DNA of 64,000 nucleotides from Candidatus Aenigmatarchaeota archaeon (GTDB lineage: Archaea; Aenigmatarchaeota; Aenigmatarchaeia; CG10238-14; SCSR01): NCBI GenBank assembly GCA_038998585.1, contig JAVZGQ010000003.1:10196-74195 (forward strand), read 5' to 3'. Under the pieces are notes generated by a model. That model was not told where the DNA came from, made no database searches, and saw only the letters and a list, made by a program, of their open reading frames with translations. Shown here in pieces: positions 1 to 9,739 of this stretch. Every line of letters starts with the position of its first letter. Within the stretch, counting starts at the first letter, position 1. The position numbers were made by a program, and so were the translations under genes.

Positions 1-683
1 TTTTTGCATATTTTCTTAAAAATTTTTTATTCGGTTTTCTTTCTTCAATAACAGCTTGTTTTTTCTTATTATCAATTTTTTTTATAGGATATATAAACTA
101 TCCTAAAATTTTGATAAGCCAGAAAGCCAAAAAAATTGATGACCAAATTTCCTTCGCAGCCATTCATCTTTCAACCCTCGCTAGTGCTAAACTACCATTG
201 AACAAAATATTTGAAACATTTTCTAAGTTTGGTGGCTATGGTGAAATAACAAAAGAAATTTCAATGATTGATAATGATGTAAAGATGTTTGGTTTAGATA
301 TAAATACGGCGCTGGAAAAGGCTGTAGATAGGTCGCCATCAAAAAATCTAAAAGAACTTTTGTGGGGGATTCTTTCGACAAACATAAGCGGAGGAGATAT
401 AGAAATTTATTTGAGAGAAAAGTCTAGAAGCTTTATGTCAGACTATAGAAAAAAACTGAGTGATTTTTCTCATCAACTTGGTATTTACATAGAAATTTTT
501 ATCACATCTATTATTTTGGGCTCGGTTTTCTTTATCATACTGACATCTATAGTTGCAGGGATTTCTGGAATAGGTCAACAAATTTTTTTGATTCAGTTTT
601 TCTTAATCTTCATATTTTTGCCACTAATATCAGCAGTTTTTATCTATCTTGTAAAAAGTTCTACACCGGGTGAGATTGATTGA
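1..683 (+). CDS. FlaJ/TadC(PilC)-like type IV pilus/archaellum platform membrane protein, first T2SS-F-type domain; 5' partial
   Basis: The frame is open from nt 3, with hydrophobic residues upstream of the TTG used by the ORF track, so the gene probably starts upstream of the window. A soluble helical domain (LPLNKIFETFSKFGGYGEITKEI...LEKAVDRSPSKNLKELLWGILS) is followed by TM helices, as in T2SS-F repeats. Confidence 0.6.
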   Translation, partial: FAYFLKNFLFGFLSSITACFFLLSIFFIGYINYPKILISQKAKKIDDQISFAAIHLSTLASAKLPLNKIFETFSKFGGYGEITKEISMIDNDVKMFGLDINTALEKAVDRSPSKNLKELLWGILSTNISGGDIEIYLREKSRSFMSDYRKKLSDFSHQLGIYIEIFITSIILGSVFFIILTSIVAGISGIGQQIFLIQFFLIFIFLPLISAVFIYLVKSSTPGEID

Positions 684-1618
684 AAATAAACTTGACAATA
701 GAACAAAGAATAATTCTAATCGCGATTTCTATAACTATGTTTTTAATTATTTTGGGACTATCAAGCCCAGACGAGAGAACAAAAAGAGGCGTCATTTCTA
801 ATGCTTTGATTTTATTTGCCTTTATGTTAATTTTGCCTTTTATCCTTCTGAGATATCAAAAAGAAAGAGCAATAAGAGAAATGGAAGAAAAAATGCCTAC
901 ATTTTTAAGAGATTTGGCAGAGGCTATAAATTCAGGTTTACCTTTTCATAAGGCCATAATCTCTTGTAGCGAAATAGATTATGGCGAGCTTTCGAAAGAA
1001 GTTAAAAAAATGGCAAATCAACTTTCATGGAACATACCTGTGAATAAAGTTTTGGACCAATTTACAGAGAGAGTCAAGTCAAGCAAAAAACTCTACATGT
1101 CTCTAAAAATTTTAAAAGAGTCTTATTTCACAGGAGGAGACGTAATTTCTACTCTAAACTCTGTTGCTGAAAATCTCACCCAACTCAATGAGATAGGAAA
1201 AGAAAGGGCAAGCATATTGAATCAGTATGTGATTTTAATTTACGCTTTAGTGTTTATATTCGTTGCCATCTTCGTTGCAATCAACAAATTAATGATACCA
1301 ATTTTTCATACTTCTGAAATATCTAATGATATGTCAATATTTGTTAGTCCATGTGAAGACAATCCCAATCCAGTATGCGAAATTTTTTCTATTCCAGCAG
1401 AGTATATATTTGGATTCCAAAACCCAAGAAGTATTGGCGGATATTATATTTCAATCTTCTTTTACATATGTACGATTATTGCTATCACATGTGGTATAGT
1501 TATAGGAGAAATAACAAAAAAGTCGATTTTTAGCGGTCTTAGACACGCAACCATACTGATAATATCTGTTTGGGGAGTCTTGTTATTGCTCAAAGTTTTG
1601 AACTTTATTGGTGTTTGA
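680..1618 (+). CDS. FlaJ/TadC(PilC)-like platform membrane protein, second T2SS-F-type domain
   Basis: TM helices come first, then MPTFLRDLAEAINSGLPFHKAIISCSE...VLDQFTERV...ISTLNSVAENL, then further TM helices, which is the T2SS-F domain pattern. The TTG start overlaps the upstream stop (TTGA). Confidence 0.6.
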   Translation: MKINLTIEQRIILIAISITMFLIILGLSSPDERTKRGVISNALILFAFMLILPFILLRYQKERAIREMEEKMPTFLRDLAEAINSGLPFHKAIISCSEIDYGELSKEVKKMANQLSWNIPVNKVLDQFTERVKSSKKLYMSLKILKESYFTGGDVISTLNSVAENLTQLNEIGKERASILNQYVILIYALVFIFVAIFVAINKLMIPIFHTSEISNDMSIFVSPCEDNPNPVCEIFSIPAEYIFGFQNPRSIGGYYISIFFYICTIIAITCGIVIGEITKKSIFSGLRHATILIISVWGVLLLLKVLNFIGV

Positions 1619-2119
1619 ATGAAAGCCCAAATCAGTTTTGTAGAATTTTTTACATCTATGATAATTTTCATAGGTTTTGCCACTTATATTTCTTTTCAAA
1701 TTTACCTATTTTTTCCAAATTATTTGAATGAAATTAAAGCAGAAAGAATGAGATCCGAAGCATTCCAGCTTTCTGAGTTATTAATTAACGATCCGGGTGA
1801 GCCGGCCAATTGGTATGAAGACTTTGATAGTGCAAAAAGAATAGGTCTTTCAGACGAAACTAAAAACATGACAAATTTCCTCTCCAGTATTAAGATATCA
1901 TCGTTTTTTTCCAATTGTTCTGTAAATTATACAAAAATAAAGAAAAAGCTTGATACAGATTACAATTTTATTATAATTTTAAAAGATAGTGAGGACAAGA
2001 TTTATTTTTGCTCACCGCAAATAATTCTTCCCAGTGCAGTTAACATAACCATGAGAAGAGTAATTGCCTTTAAAGATGACAACATTAAATATGGCGAACT
2101 ATTATTACAGGTTTGGTGA
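1619..2119 (+). CDS. Archaeal type IV prepilin-like protein (class III signal peptide MKA|QISFVEF)
   Basis: The N-terminus MKAQISFVEFFTSMIIFIGFATYISF has a K-A/Q prepilin-peptidase-type site followed by a hydrophobic helix. The gene abuts the platform gene with no gap. Confidence 0.6.
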   Translation: MKAQISFVEFFTSMIIFIGFATYISFQIYLFFPNYLNEIKAERMRSEAFQLSELLINDPGEPANWYEDFDSAKRIGLSDETKNMTNFLSSIKISSFFSNCSVNYTKIKKKLDTDYNFIIILKDSEDKIYFCSPQIILPSAVNITMRRVIAFKDDNIKYGELLLQVW

Positions 2120-2120
2120 T

Positions 2121-3401
2121 ATGAAAGCTCAAATAACTCTGGTTGAGTTTATAATAGTGACTATAGCGCTATTCATAGCTTTTGGGATCTTGTTTCCAGG
2201 CTTTGTTTACAAAAACAAGTGGAAAGAAGCAAGCATTTTGATAAATTCTAGAGATTTGATTTTGACGATGGATAGAATAGGAAAATTGTATGAATATTCT
2301 TTCAATCAAAGAAAATTATTAGAATTTTTAGGCAATATGAGTGAGAAAAATATGATCCCTTGGTTAGAAATAGAAGGCACGATCCCAAATATAGTGGCGG
2401 TAGCATGTAATTGTACAGAAAGTCAAATAAATGAAATGAATTTTTGGTTTGGTAACCTATTCATAAACAATAGAAAAGTTTATTTTTTGTTCCAAAAATC
2501 TAATCTCGAAGATATTCCGGACGAAACAGATATTTTGTTGATAAGAGATTACAAAAATCTTACTCCCTATTCCCAAAATTTTAAAAATTATTTAGCTAGG
2601 GGTGTTGGTATCGTTGAAGTAATGGATTTCGATAGTCAAGAAAAAATTGATAATACCCAACAAACGATATTTGGTTTAAAATGGGGTGGATCCGAGTTAG
2701 GTGGTGGTAACCACATGATTTTTTCCAAGCCCAATAGCGTGGATAACATAACATATTTTCTATACAAACACTTTTATCATATACCACTCCCAATCAATGC
2801 TTCTTCGAATGAACGCCTGCCCGAATGTTATTATCAACCATCAGGAAAAGGCATCTTCTACTTGAATAGAACTAACTATTTCTTTTGGATATGTAGTCCA
2901 AATTCAGTTTGGTTTGATACGAATGCCGATGGATTAAATGACACACTGGTTAATTTAGGAGAAACTTTTAAAATCAATGGAATGAATTTTACCTTGAATT
3001 ATATCCACGAAAATTCAGGAATAGCAATTTCCTTCAAACCAGATTACATTTTTTCAGATTATCTATCTTATCAACAAGGTGATAAAACTTACATAGTAAA
3101 TATCACACCAATTGATGACAAAAAAGAAAGAATTATTTTGAAGAGTGTTAAATCTGGAAGAGAATTTCCGGCCATGATTCTGAATTCTTCAAGAGTGGCT
3201 TGGATGTATGATTTGGGGAGCAATCCTTCAGATGAAGAAAAGAGTCTATTGCTTTCTCTATTGCTTTGGGCCTCTAAGAAAAAATCAAATGTTCTTACAC
3301 CATTTATTAAGAAAGGCTTTTCTTCCTCCTACATCAATGTTCAAAATGTAGATATGTTTGAAGTTTACAAATTTACTCTAAGTCTAAATTATCCTTATTG
3401 A
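2121..3401 (+). CDS. Large type IV prepilin-like protein / putative pilus-associated adhesin
   Basis: The internal ATG at 2121 gives MKAQITLVEFIIVTIALFIAFGILF, the same class III signal as the upstream gene. This start sits 1 nt after the upstream stop and is preferred over the ORF-track start at 2064. Confidence 0.55.
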   Translation: MKAQITLVEFIIVTIALFIAFGILFPGFVYKNKWKEASILINSRDLILTMDRIGKLYEYSFNQRKLLEFLGNMSEKNMIPWLEIEGTIPNIVAVACNCTESQINEMNFWFGNLFINNRKVYFLFQKSNLEDIPDETDILLIRDYKNLTPYSQNFKNYLARGVGIVEVMDFDSQEKIDNTQQTIFGLKWGGSELGGGNHMIFSKPNSVDNITYFLYKHFYHIPLPINASSNERLPECYYQPSGKGIFYLNRTNYFFWICSPNSVWFDTNADGLNDTLVNLGETFKINGMNFTLNYIHENSGIAISFKPDYIFSDYLSYQQGDKTYIVNITPIDDKKERIILKSVKSGREFPAMILNSSRVAWMYDLGSNPSDEEKSLLLSLLLWASKKKSNVLTPFIKKGFSSSYINVQNVDMFEVYKFTLSLNYPY

Positions 3402-5279
3402 CTACTTGATTCTTAAACTTTCAAGATTTCTTGGAACATTAGTTTCAACTCTAAATATCCTGTGAATCGCCTTTGCAAGTGCCAAGGACTTTTGGGGCTC
3501 ACCATGCATAATCACTACTCTATCTGGTCTAGAGGCAAGCTTGTGCATGAAGGCAAGCAATTGACTGCGATCAGAATGTCCACTCAACCCCTCTATAGTT
3601 TGAACATTCATTTTCATTTCAATTGATATTAGCCTACCATCCTCAGTCTTCACAGGAATTTCCCTCCAACCTTTTTGTATTCTTCTTCCAAGAGTCCCCT
3701 CAGACTGATATCCAACAAATATCAAAGTGTTTTTTGAATCTTTGGCTAAAGCTTTCAGATGTTCCATCACCGGACCACCAATCAACATTCCACTAGTCGA
3801 AATTATCACACAAGGCTTGTCTTCCCAAGCCTTTTCTCTTTCACTTGGGGATGAAATTCTTTTAAAAATTGGGTTTAAGAAAGGATTTTCACCAGAAAAG
3901 ATCTTCTTTTGCATATTTCTAGAAAGATATTCTGGATATGCCGTGAAAATTCCATTAGCGTCCCATATCATTCCATCAATGAAGACAGGATATTGGAAAT
4001 TGTTTTCAACTAAAATTGCCATCACTTCTTGAGCCCTTTCTACTGAGAAAGACGGTATTAGACAAATTCCCTTATTCTCCATAGTTGAATTTATAACACT
4101 CATCAACTGCTTTTCAGTTTCTGGTCTTGACGGCATAACATCTTTTTCACCACCATATGTGGATTCAATTATCAATGTCTCAACTCTTTGAAAATTCGTG
4201 AAGGCCGGATCGAGTAAAGTAGTTCTTCCGAATTTTTGGTCTAGAGCATACACTATATTATGAAGACCTTCGCCTATATGAAGATGAATTAAAGCCGAGC
4301 CAAGAATGTGGCCAGCATTTTGGAATGTTAGCCTTACATCAGGAGCGACATCAGAGACTTCACCAAATTCAAGTGGTATTGTGTGCTTTACAGCCTCTTT
4401 CACTCCCTTTGCTGTGAAAAATGGTGTAGAAGTGCCTTTCTGCATGACATCAATATAATCAAGCCAGAGTAGGGTTGATAGATCAACAGTTGGAGCAGTC
4501 ATGTAAATCGGTCCATTGTATCCATGTTCAACTAGTGCTGGAATGAAACCACAATGATCTAGGTGAGAGTGAGAAACAATTATGGCATCAAGCTCATTGT
4601 AATCAAATTCTTTTGTATTAAATATCGGATATTGGTTTGCATTTGAAGCCCCGACAGCAACTCCACAGTCCAATAAAACCTTTGATTTTGGTGTTTCTAC
4701 AAGCAGACAATTCCTTCCAACTTCCCTGAAACCACCAAGTGCTATTATCCTAATCCAATCTCTGCTTGCATTTCTTTCTCCAAAAATTTTCTCTCCAATT
4801 TCGTTTAAATATTTTTTCCTAAACTTACTTTCTGTATGTAAAACTTTTCTTATACCATTTATCACATCAGACTTTATAGGAGGAACCCTTTCTATCCTTG
4901 GGGTCCAAAGAATTTCGGTTTTAATTTTTCTAAAAGTTTCCCCACCTTTACCAATTACAAGACCTGGCTTTTCAGCCGCTATGATTACCAGGCTTCTTTC
5001 AGGTTCAAAATATATGTCCTTTATATTGGCGTCTTCAGGCACAATTTCCTTTATCTTTTGTTTGGCGACTTCTTCATCAAAACAAAGATCTTTTTCGAGC
5101 CTGACCTCTATTCTCTTTTTAATCTCGCTCACTATTTGCCTTATAGTTTCTTCACTTTTTTTGAAAAACTCTCTATCTTTGGTATAGATTATAATCTCTG
5201 AACCTTCAAGCTCTATTCTACTCACTGCTTCTTTTGGTAAAAAACTCTCTACTCTTTTCAGAATTTCCATTTCAACCAC
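3402..5279 (-). CDS. fttA: aCPSF1/FttA: KH-domain beta-CASP metallo-beta-lactamase ribonuclease (transcription termination factor)
   Basis: N-terminal KH modules (VIGKGGETFRKI) precede the metallo-beta-lactamase motif VSHSHLDHCG and beta-CASP C-terminal motifs (GHSD, MHGE). The length of 625 aa fits the family. Confidence 0.9.
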   Translation of the reverse strand: MVEMEILKRVESFLPKEAVSRIELEGSEIIIYTKDREFFKKSEETIRQIVSEIKKRIEVRLEKDLCFDEEVAKQKIKEIVPEDANIKDIYFEPERSLVIIAAEKPGLVIGKGGETFRKIKTEILWTPRIERVPPIKSDVINGIRKVLHTESKFRKKYLNEIGEKIFGERNASRDWIRIIALGGFREVGRNCLLVETPKSKVLLDCGVAVGASNANQYPIFNTKEFDYNELDAIIVSHSHLDHCGFIPALVEHGYNGPIYMTAPTVDLSTLLWLDYIDVMQKGTSTPFFTAKGVKEAVKHTIPLEFGEVSDVAPDVRLTFQNAGHILGSALIHLHIGEGLHNIVYALDQKFGRTTLLDPAFTNFQRVETLIIESTYGGEKDVMPSRPETEKQLMSVINSTMENKGICLIPSFSVERAQEVMAILVENNFQYPVFIDGMIWDANGIFTAYPEYLSRNMQKKIFSGENPFLNPIFKRISSPSEREKAWEDKPCVIISTSGMLIGGPVMEHLKALAKDSKNTLIFVGYQSEGTLGRRIQKGWREIPVKTEDGRLISIEMKMNVQTIEGLSGHSDRSQLLAFMHKLASRPDRVVIMHGEPQKSLALAKAIHRIFRVETNVPRNLESLRIK

Positions 5280-5283
5280 AAGT

Positions 5284-5925
5284 TCATTTGATATTCTCTA
5301 GAGATTCGTATCTTGTGATCTTAATCCCATCTTTTGTGATAACAGCTACATCAGCACCTTTTCCGCCAGATGCTATATCACGCTCTATAGCAGCTTTTAT
5401 TGCCCTTAAAGCAATTTTCTTACCATCTTCTACAGAAATATTATCTTTATAGCTATCTTCAAGTACACCTAGAGCCATAGGTGAGCCGGAGCCTGTTGAG
5501 AAGAATCTTTTCTCTTCTTCCCAACCACCAACTGCATCCAGACTGAAAATTTTTGGTCCAGAATCGTCGAATCCTGCTAAAATGAGCTGAACATAGTAAG
5601 GGAAGAACTTGCTTCCTTGTAAGATGTTTGATAGCAAGATGCTTGCACCTTTTACAGAAATTTTTCTCTGGTTTTGAATTTCAAACAGCTTCAATTCAGC
5701 TTTCATGTATCTTGCTAGAGTTTGAGCATCTCCACTAACACCAGATATAGTCATTGCTATATGGTCTGCTACGGGCAAAATCTTTTCCGATTCCTTACTC
5801 GCTACAAGATAACCCATTGTTGATTTTTTTTCTGCAGCCAACACTACACCATCATTACAAATCAAGCCTACGGTAGTTGTTCCGGTTTTCATCACTTCCG
5901 GTTTTTCTTCATCTAATTTTGTCAA
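5284..5925 (-). CDS. psmB: Proteasome beta subunit
   Basis: A propeptide is followed by the active-site motif G|TTTVGLICNDGVVLAAEKK. Confidence 0.92.
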   Translation of the reverse strand: MTKLDEEKPEVMKTGTTTVGLICNDGVVLAAEKKSTMGYLVASKESEKILPVADHIAMTISGVSGDAQTLARYMKAELKLFEIQNQRKISVKGASILLSNILQGSKFFPYYVQLILAGFDDSGPKIFSLDAVGGWEEEKRFFSTGSGSPMALGVLEDSYKDNISVEDGKKIALRAIKAAIERDIASGGKGADVAVITKDGIKITRYESLENIK

Positions 5926-6027
5926 ATCATCACCAAGAAATTGGATAATTTTAATTACACATTTGGTTTTAAATAGATTTCGGATGGCCCTTAAATTATA
6001 TCTGATGAAGTTAGATAAATAAAAAAT

Positions 6028-7473
6028 TCAATAAGATTTGGCTAAATAAACAACTTCTTTTGCTTCTTTTCCACAATAAATACAATTAGAAAATATTTTT
6101 TCTCTTTTAAGTGGAATTGTTCTAATAGTAGCCCCTGTTTCTTCTTTTATTTTTTCTTCACAATTTTCTTCACCACACCAACACACTTTTAGAAAGCCGC
6201 CCTTTTCTTCTAAAATTTTCTTAAATTCCTCATAATCTTTTGGAGTTGATATACTCTCTTTTAAAAATTCTTTTGCTTTTCTGAACAGATTCTCTTGTAT
6301 TTTTTCCATTAAGCTAAAAACCTTTTTTACAACTAGCTTATTTTTTACAGGAATTTTTTGGAAATCATCTCTTCTAACAATCACAACTTGTTTTTTCTTC
6401 AAATCTTTAGGTCCAATTTCAATCCTTATTGGTACGCCTTTAAGTTCCCACTCGTTGAACTTCCATCCAGGAGTATAGATTTCTCTATCATCTAGAAAAG
6501 CGGAAGCACCAGCCTTTTTCAATTTTTCTAACAATTCTTTAGCTTTTTTCAAGACTTTACGCTTTTCTTCCTCTTTATAAAATATAGGTACAATCACAAC
6601 TTGCAGGGGTGCAATTTTTGGTGGTAGCACAAGTCCCTTATCATCACCATGTACCATAACTACAGCTCCAATCAAGCGAGTGCTAATGCCCCAGCTAGTT
6701 TGCCAAACATTTTTTTCTTTTTTATCCTTATCTAGAAACTTTATTCCAAAAGGTTTTGAGAAATTTTGTCCCAAATTATGTGAAGTACCCATTTGTAAAG
6801 CTTTACCATCAGGCATCATAGCTTCCAAAGCTGTTGTGTAGAGAGCGCCTGCAAACTTTTCTTTATTGCTTTTTTTCCCCACAAGCACAGGAATTGCGAG
6901 GTAATTTTCTATGAGATCTTGATAAAATTTTAAAATTTTCATTACTTCTTCTTCAGCTTCTTCTTTTTTTGCATGTGCTGTGTGACCTTCCTGCCATAAA
7001 AATTCACTCGTTCTTATAAAAGGTTTGGTAGATTTTATTTCTGCTCTTGTTATGTTACACCATTGATTCAACAAAACCGGTAAGTCTCTCCAACTCCTTA
7101 TCCATTTTGAATAAAAATAATAAATTATTGTTTCTGAAGTTGGTCTTAATGCAAGCTTTTCACCAAGTTTGTTATTTCCAGAATGTGTCACCCAAAAAAC
7201 TTCTGGAATAAACCCTTCAAAATGTTTGGCTTCTTTCTTCAAAAAGCTTTCTGGTATAAACAAAGGAAAATAAGCGTTTTTGTATCCAGAATTTTTAAGC
7301 ATTTTGTCAAAAATTCCTTGAATCTTTTCCCATATCTCATAACCATACTCTCTTATGGCTATTGTGCCTTGTACGGGACCATAATCAGCTAAACCAGATT
7401 TTATAATCACTTGGGAATACCAGTCTGAAAAGTTTTCTGACTTCTTTACAGTAATTCCTTCTTGTTCAACCAT
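6028..7473 (-). CDS. proS: Prolyl-tRNA synthetase (archaeal/eukaryotic type)
   Basis: Contains FSDWYSQVIIKSGLADYGPVQG, class II motifs and a C-terminal zinc-type CWCG...CIYCG. Confidence 0.9.
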   Translation of the reverse strand: MVEQEGITVKKSENFSDWYSQVIIKSGLADYGPVQGTIAIREYGYEIWEKIQGIFDKMLKNSGYKNAYFPLFIPESFLKKEAKHFEGFIPEVFWVTHSGNNKLGEKLALRPTSETIIYYFYSKWIRSWRDLPVLLNQWCNITRAEIKSTKPFIRTSEFLWQEGHTAHAKKEEAEEEVMKILKFYQDLIENYLAIPVLVGKKSNKEKFAGALYTTALEAMMPDGKALQMGTSHNLGQNFSKPFGIKFLDKDKKEKNVWQTSWGISTRLIGAVVMVHGDDKGLVLPPKIAPLQVVIVPIFYKEEEKRKVLKKAKELLEKLKKAGASAFLDDREIYTPGWKFNEWELKGVPIRIEIGPKDLKKKQVVIVRRDDFQKIPVKNKLVVKKVFSLMEKIQENLFRKAKEFLKESISTPKDYEEFKKILEEKGGFLKVCWCGEENCEEKIKEETGATIRTIPLKREKIFSNCIYCGKEAKEVVYLAKSY

Positions 7474-7502
7474 ACTTAAAATTATATATTAAAAAAAATA
7501 AA

Positions 7503-8447
7503 ATGATGAGGTTTGAACCAAGCTACTTGAGATTAATTAAAAACGGAGAGATTGAAAAAAAGATAGCTAGATTTTATAAGATTTTAGAAAGGTGTGAACT
7601 CTGTCCAAGGAAATGTCACATCAATAGGTTTAAAGGAGAGAAAGGAATTTGCTGCTCTGGTTTGAAGCTAAAAGTTTCAAATTTTTTCCCTCACTTCGGC
7701 GAAGAAGATGTTCTGGTTGGAGTTCGCGGCTCTGGTACAATTTTTTTATCAAACTGCAGCTTGAGGTGCGTCTATTGCCAAAATTACGAGATATCACATT
7801 TGGGAGAGGGTGAAGAATACTCTGAAGAAGAAGTAGCTGGTATGATGTTAAGCTTACAAAGAGCGGGTTGTCATAACATAAATTTAGTAACACCGACCCA
7901 TTTCATTCCCCAGCTTGTCAAAGCTATAAAAATTGCTGCTGAAAAGGGCTTAACATTGCCGATAGTTTGGAATTGTGGTGGTTATGAAAATGTTAAAGTA
8001 ATTAAGCTACTTGAAGGGATAGTTGACATTTACATGCCAGATATAAAATATGGTAGCAATGAGGGGGCAAAAAAATATTCTAATCCTCCCGTAAGCGATT
8101 ATTGGAATAGATGTAGGGAAGCTATAAAAGAAATGCATCATCAAGTTGGAGATTTGAAAATTAAAGAAGGATTGGCTTTCCGAGGGTTGTTAATAAGGCA
8201 TCTGGTCCTACCAAATGATATAGCAAAAACTGCTAGTGTGTTGAATTTCATTGCAAAAAAGATATCCCCAAACAGTTATGTTAATATAATGTCTCAATAT
8301 TATCCAGCTGGGGAAGTCTCATTTAAACCTGAAAAATACCCTAAGCTTAAGGAAAGCATAAGAGAAGATTATAAGGAGGCAGTCAATTTGGCTTTTAAAC
8401 TTGGACTTACAAGAGGTTTAGAAGAAAGACAGCTCAGAAGAATTTAA
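7503..8447 (+). CDS. Radical SAM protein, PflX-like (pyruvate formate-lyase activase-related)
   Basis: Contains CELCPRKCHINRFKGEKGIC followed by the radical SAM cluster motif CSLRCVYCQN. Confidence 0.8.
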   Translation: MMRFEPSYLRLIKNGEIEKKIARFYKILERCELCPRKCHINRFKGEKGICCSGLKLKVSNFFPHFGEEDVLVGVRGSGTIFLSNCSLRCVYCQNYEISHLGEGEEYSEEEVAGMMLSLQRAGCHNINLVTPTHFIPQLVKAIKIAAEKGLTLPIVWNCGGYENVKVIKLLEGIVDIYMPDIKYGSNEGAKKYSNPPVSDYWNRCREAIKEMHHQVGDLKIKEGLAFRGLLIRHLVLPNDIAKTASVLNFIAKKISPNSYVNIMSQYYPAGEVSFKPEKYPKLKESIREDYKEAVNLAFKLGLTRGLEERQLRRI

Positions 8448-8479
8448 ATAAGTTTAATTTCATACTTTAAGTAGATTTT

Positions 8480-9739
8480 ATGAAGATAGCAGTACTCTCT
8501 GACTTTCACTTCGGTTTTTCTCTTACATCAGAGTTTGAAGACGATAGTTTTGAGAATGCAGAAGAGGCCATGGAGAAAGCTCTGGAAGCCGATTTGATTT
8601 TAATTCTTGGCGACATTTTTGATTCTAGGTTGCCAAAAACCCAGACTTGGGCAAAAGCTATGAAAATTTTGGTGAAACCGCTGCTTGAAGACAATAGGAA
8701 GGTAAGGCTTGTAACGTCTTCAAAAGAGTTGAAAAAGGCTTCTGTAAGAACTTTGAATCATCTGCCTATCATAGCAATTCACGGCAACCATGAAAGAAGA
8801 GGGAGAGGTGAATTGAATGCTGTTGAAGTTTTGGAGAATGCCGGCTTACTAATTCATCTCCATTGCGATTCAATAGTTCTTGAGAAAGATAGTGTAAAAG
8901 TCGCAATTCATGGAATGTCAAATGTGCCTGAAAGATTCGCAGGAGATTTTATCAATCAATGGAACCCTCAGCCAATAAAAGACTGTTTCAACATTTTGCT
9001 TTTACATCAAAGCATAGACCCTTATGTATACTCACCTCTTGAACCACCGACAATTTCAGTCTCGAACTTACCCAGGGGATTTGATTTAATTATTGACGGA
9101 CATATTCATCAACACGCTCAATTTAAAATTGGAGACTCGGTTTTACTCTTTTCAGGTAGCACGATTATAACACAATTTGATAAGGTTGAAAGTGAAATAG
9201 AAAAGGGAATTTATATGATTGATTTAGATAAGGATATAAAGATAGAGTTTATTCCTCTTGAAAAAAACAGGAAGTTTTTTTACGAGGAGATTTCACTCGA
9301 TAAAAACTCAGCAAAGGGACAAATAGAAAAAAAGTTAAAGGAGATTTTGAGCAGGAGCTTTTTCAAACCCCCAATAATAAGGATAAAATTGTTTGGAAAG
9401 GGAATAGAAATACTTGACCAAGATTTGAGAGGTTTGGAGAAAAGTTTTTCCGGCAAAGCTATATTAATATTTACCAAGGAATTCGAAACCCCAGAAGTGG
9501 AGGAGAAAAAAGAATTTCTTAGGGCTTTAAGAGAACAAAGACTTTCAATTGAAGACATAGGTTTAGAAATTCTCAGAAAGAATTTAGGAGAGTTGGGCTT
9601 CACTTCTTCTTTTGACTTTGAACAAGCTTTTAAATTACTGAGCGAGGGAGAAATTGAAAAGACCTTCAAAATTTTTACTGGAGAACAAAAAACTCTGGAG
9701 CCTATATCTAAAAAATCTTTGAAAAATTTTGGTGGTTGA
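8480..9739 (+). CDS. mre11: Mre11 DNA double-strand-break repair nuclease
   Basis: Calcineurin-like phosphoesterase motifs are present (LSDFHFG, GDIFDS, GNHE, GHIH). The stop is immediately followed by the rad50 start. Confidence 0.88.
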   Translation: MKIAVLSDFHFGFSLTSEFEDDSFENAEEAMEKALEADLILILGDIFDSRLPKTQTWAKAMKILVKPLLEDNRKVRLVTSSKELKKASVRTLNHLPIIAIHGNHERRGRGELNAVEVLENAGLLIHLHCDSIVLEKDSVKVAIHGMSNVPERFAGDFINQWNPQPIKDCFNILLLHQSIDPYVYSPLEPPTISVSNLPRGFDLIIDGHIHQHAQFKIGDSVLLFSGSTIITQFDKVESEIEKGIYMIDLDKDIKIEFIPLEKNRKFFYEEISLDKNSAKGQIEKKLKEILSRSFFKPPIIRIKLFGKGIEILDQDLRGLEKSFSGKAILIFTKEFETPEVEEKKEFLRALREQRLSIEDIGLEILRKNLGELGFTSSFDFEQAFKLLSEGEIEKTFKIFTGEQKTLEPISKKSLKNFGG

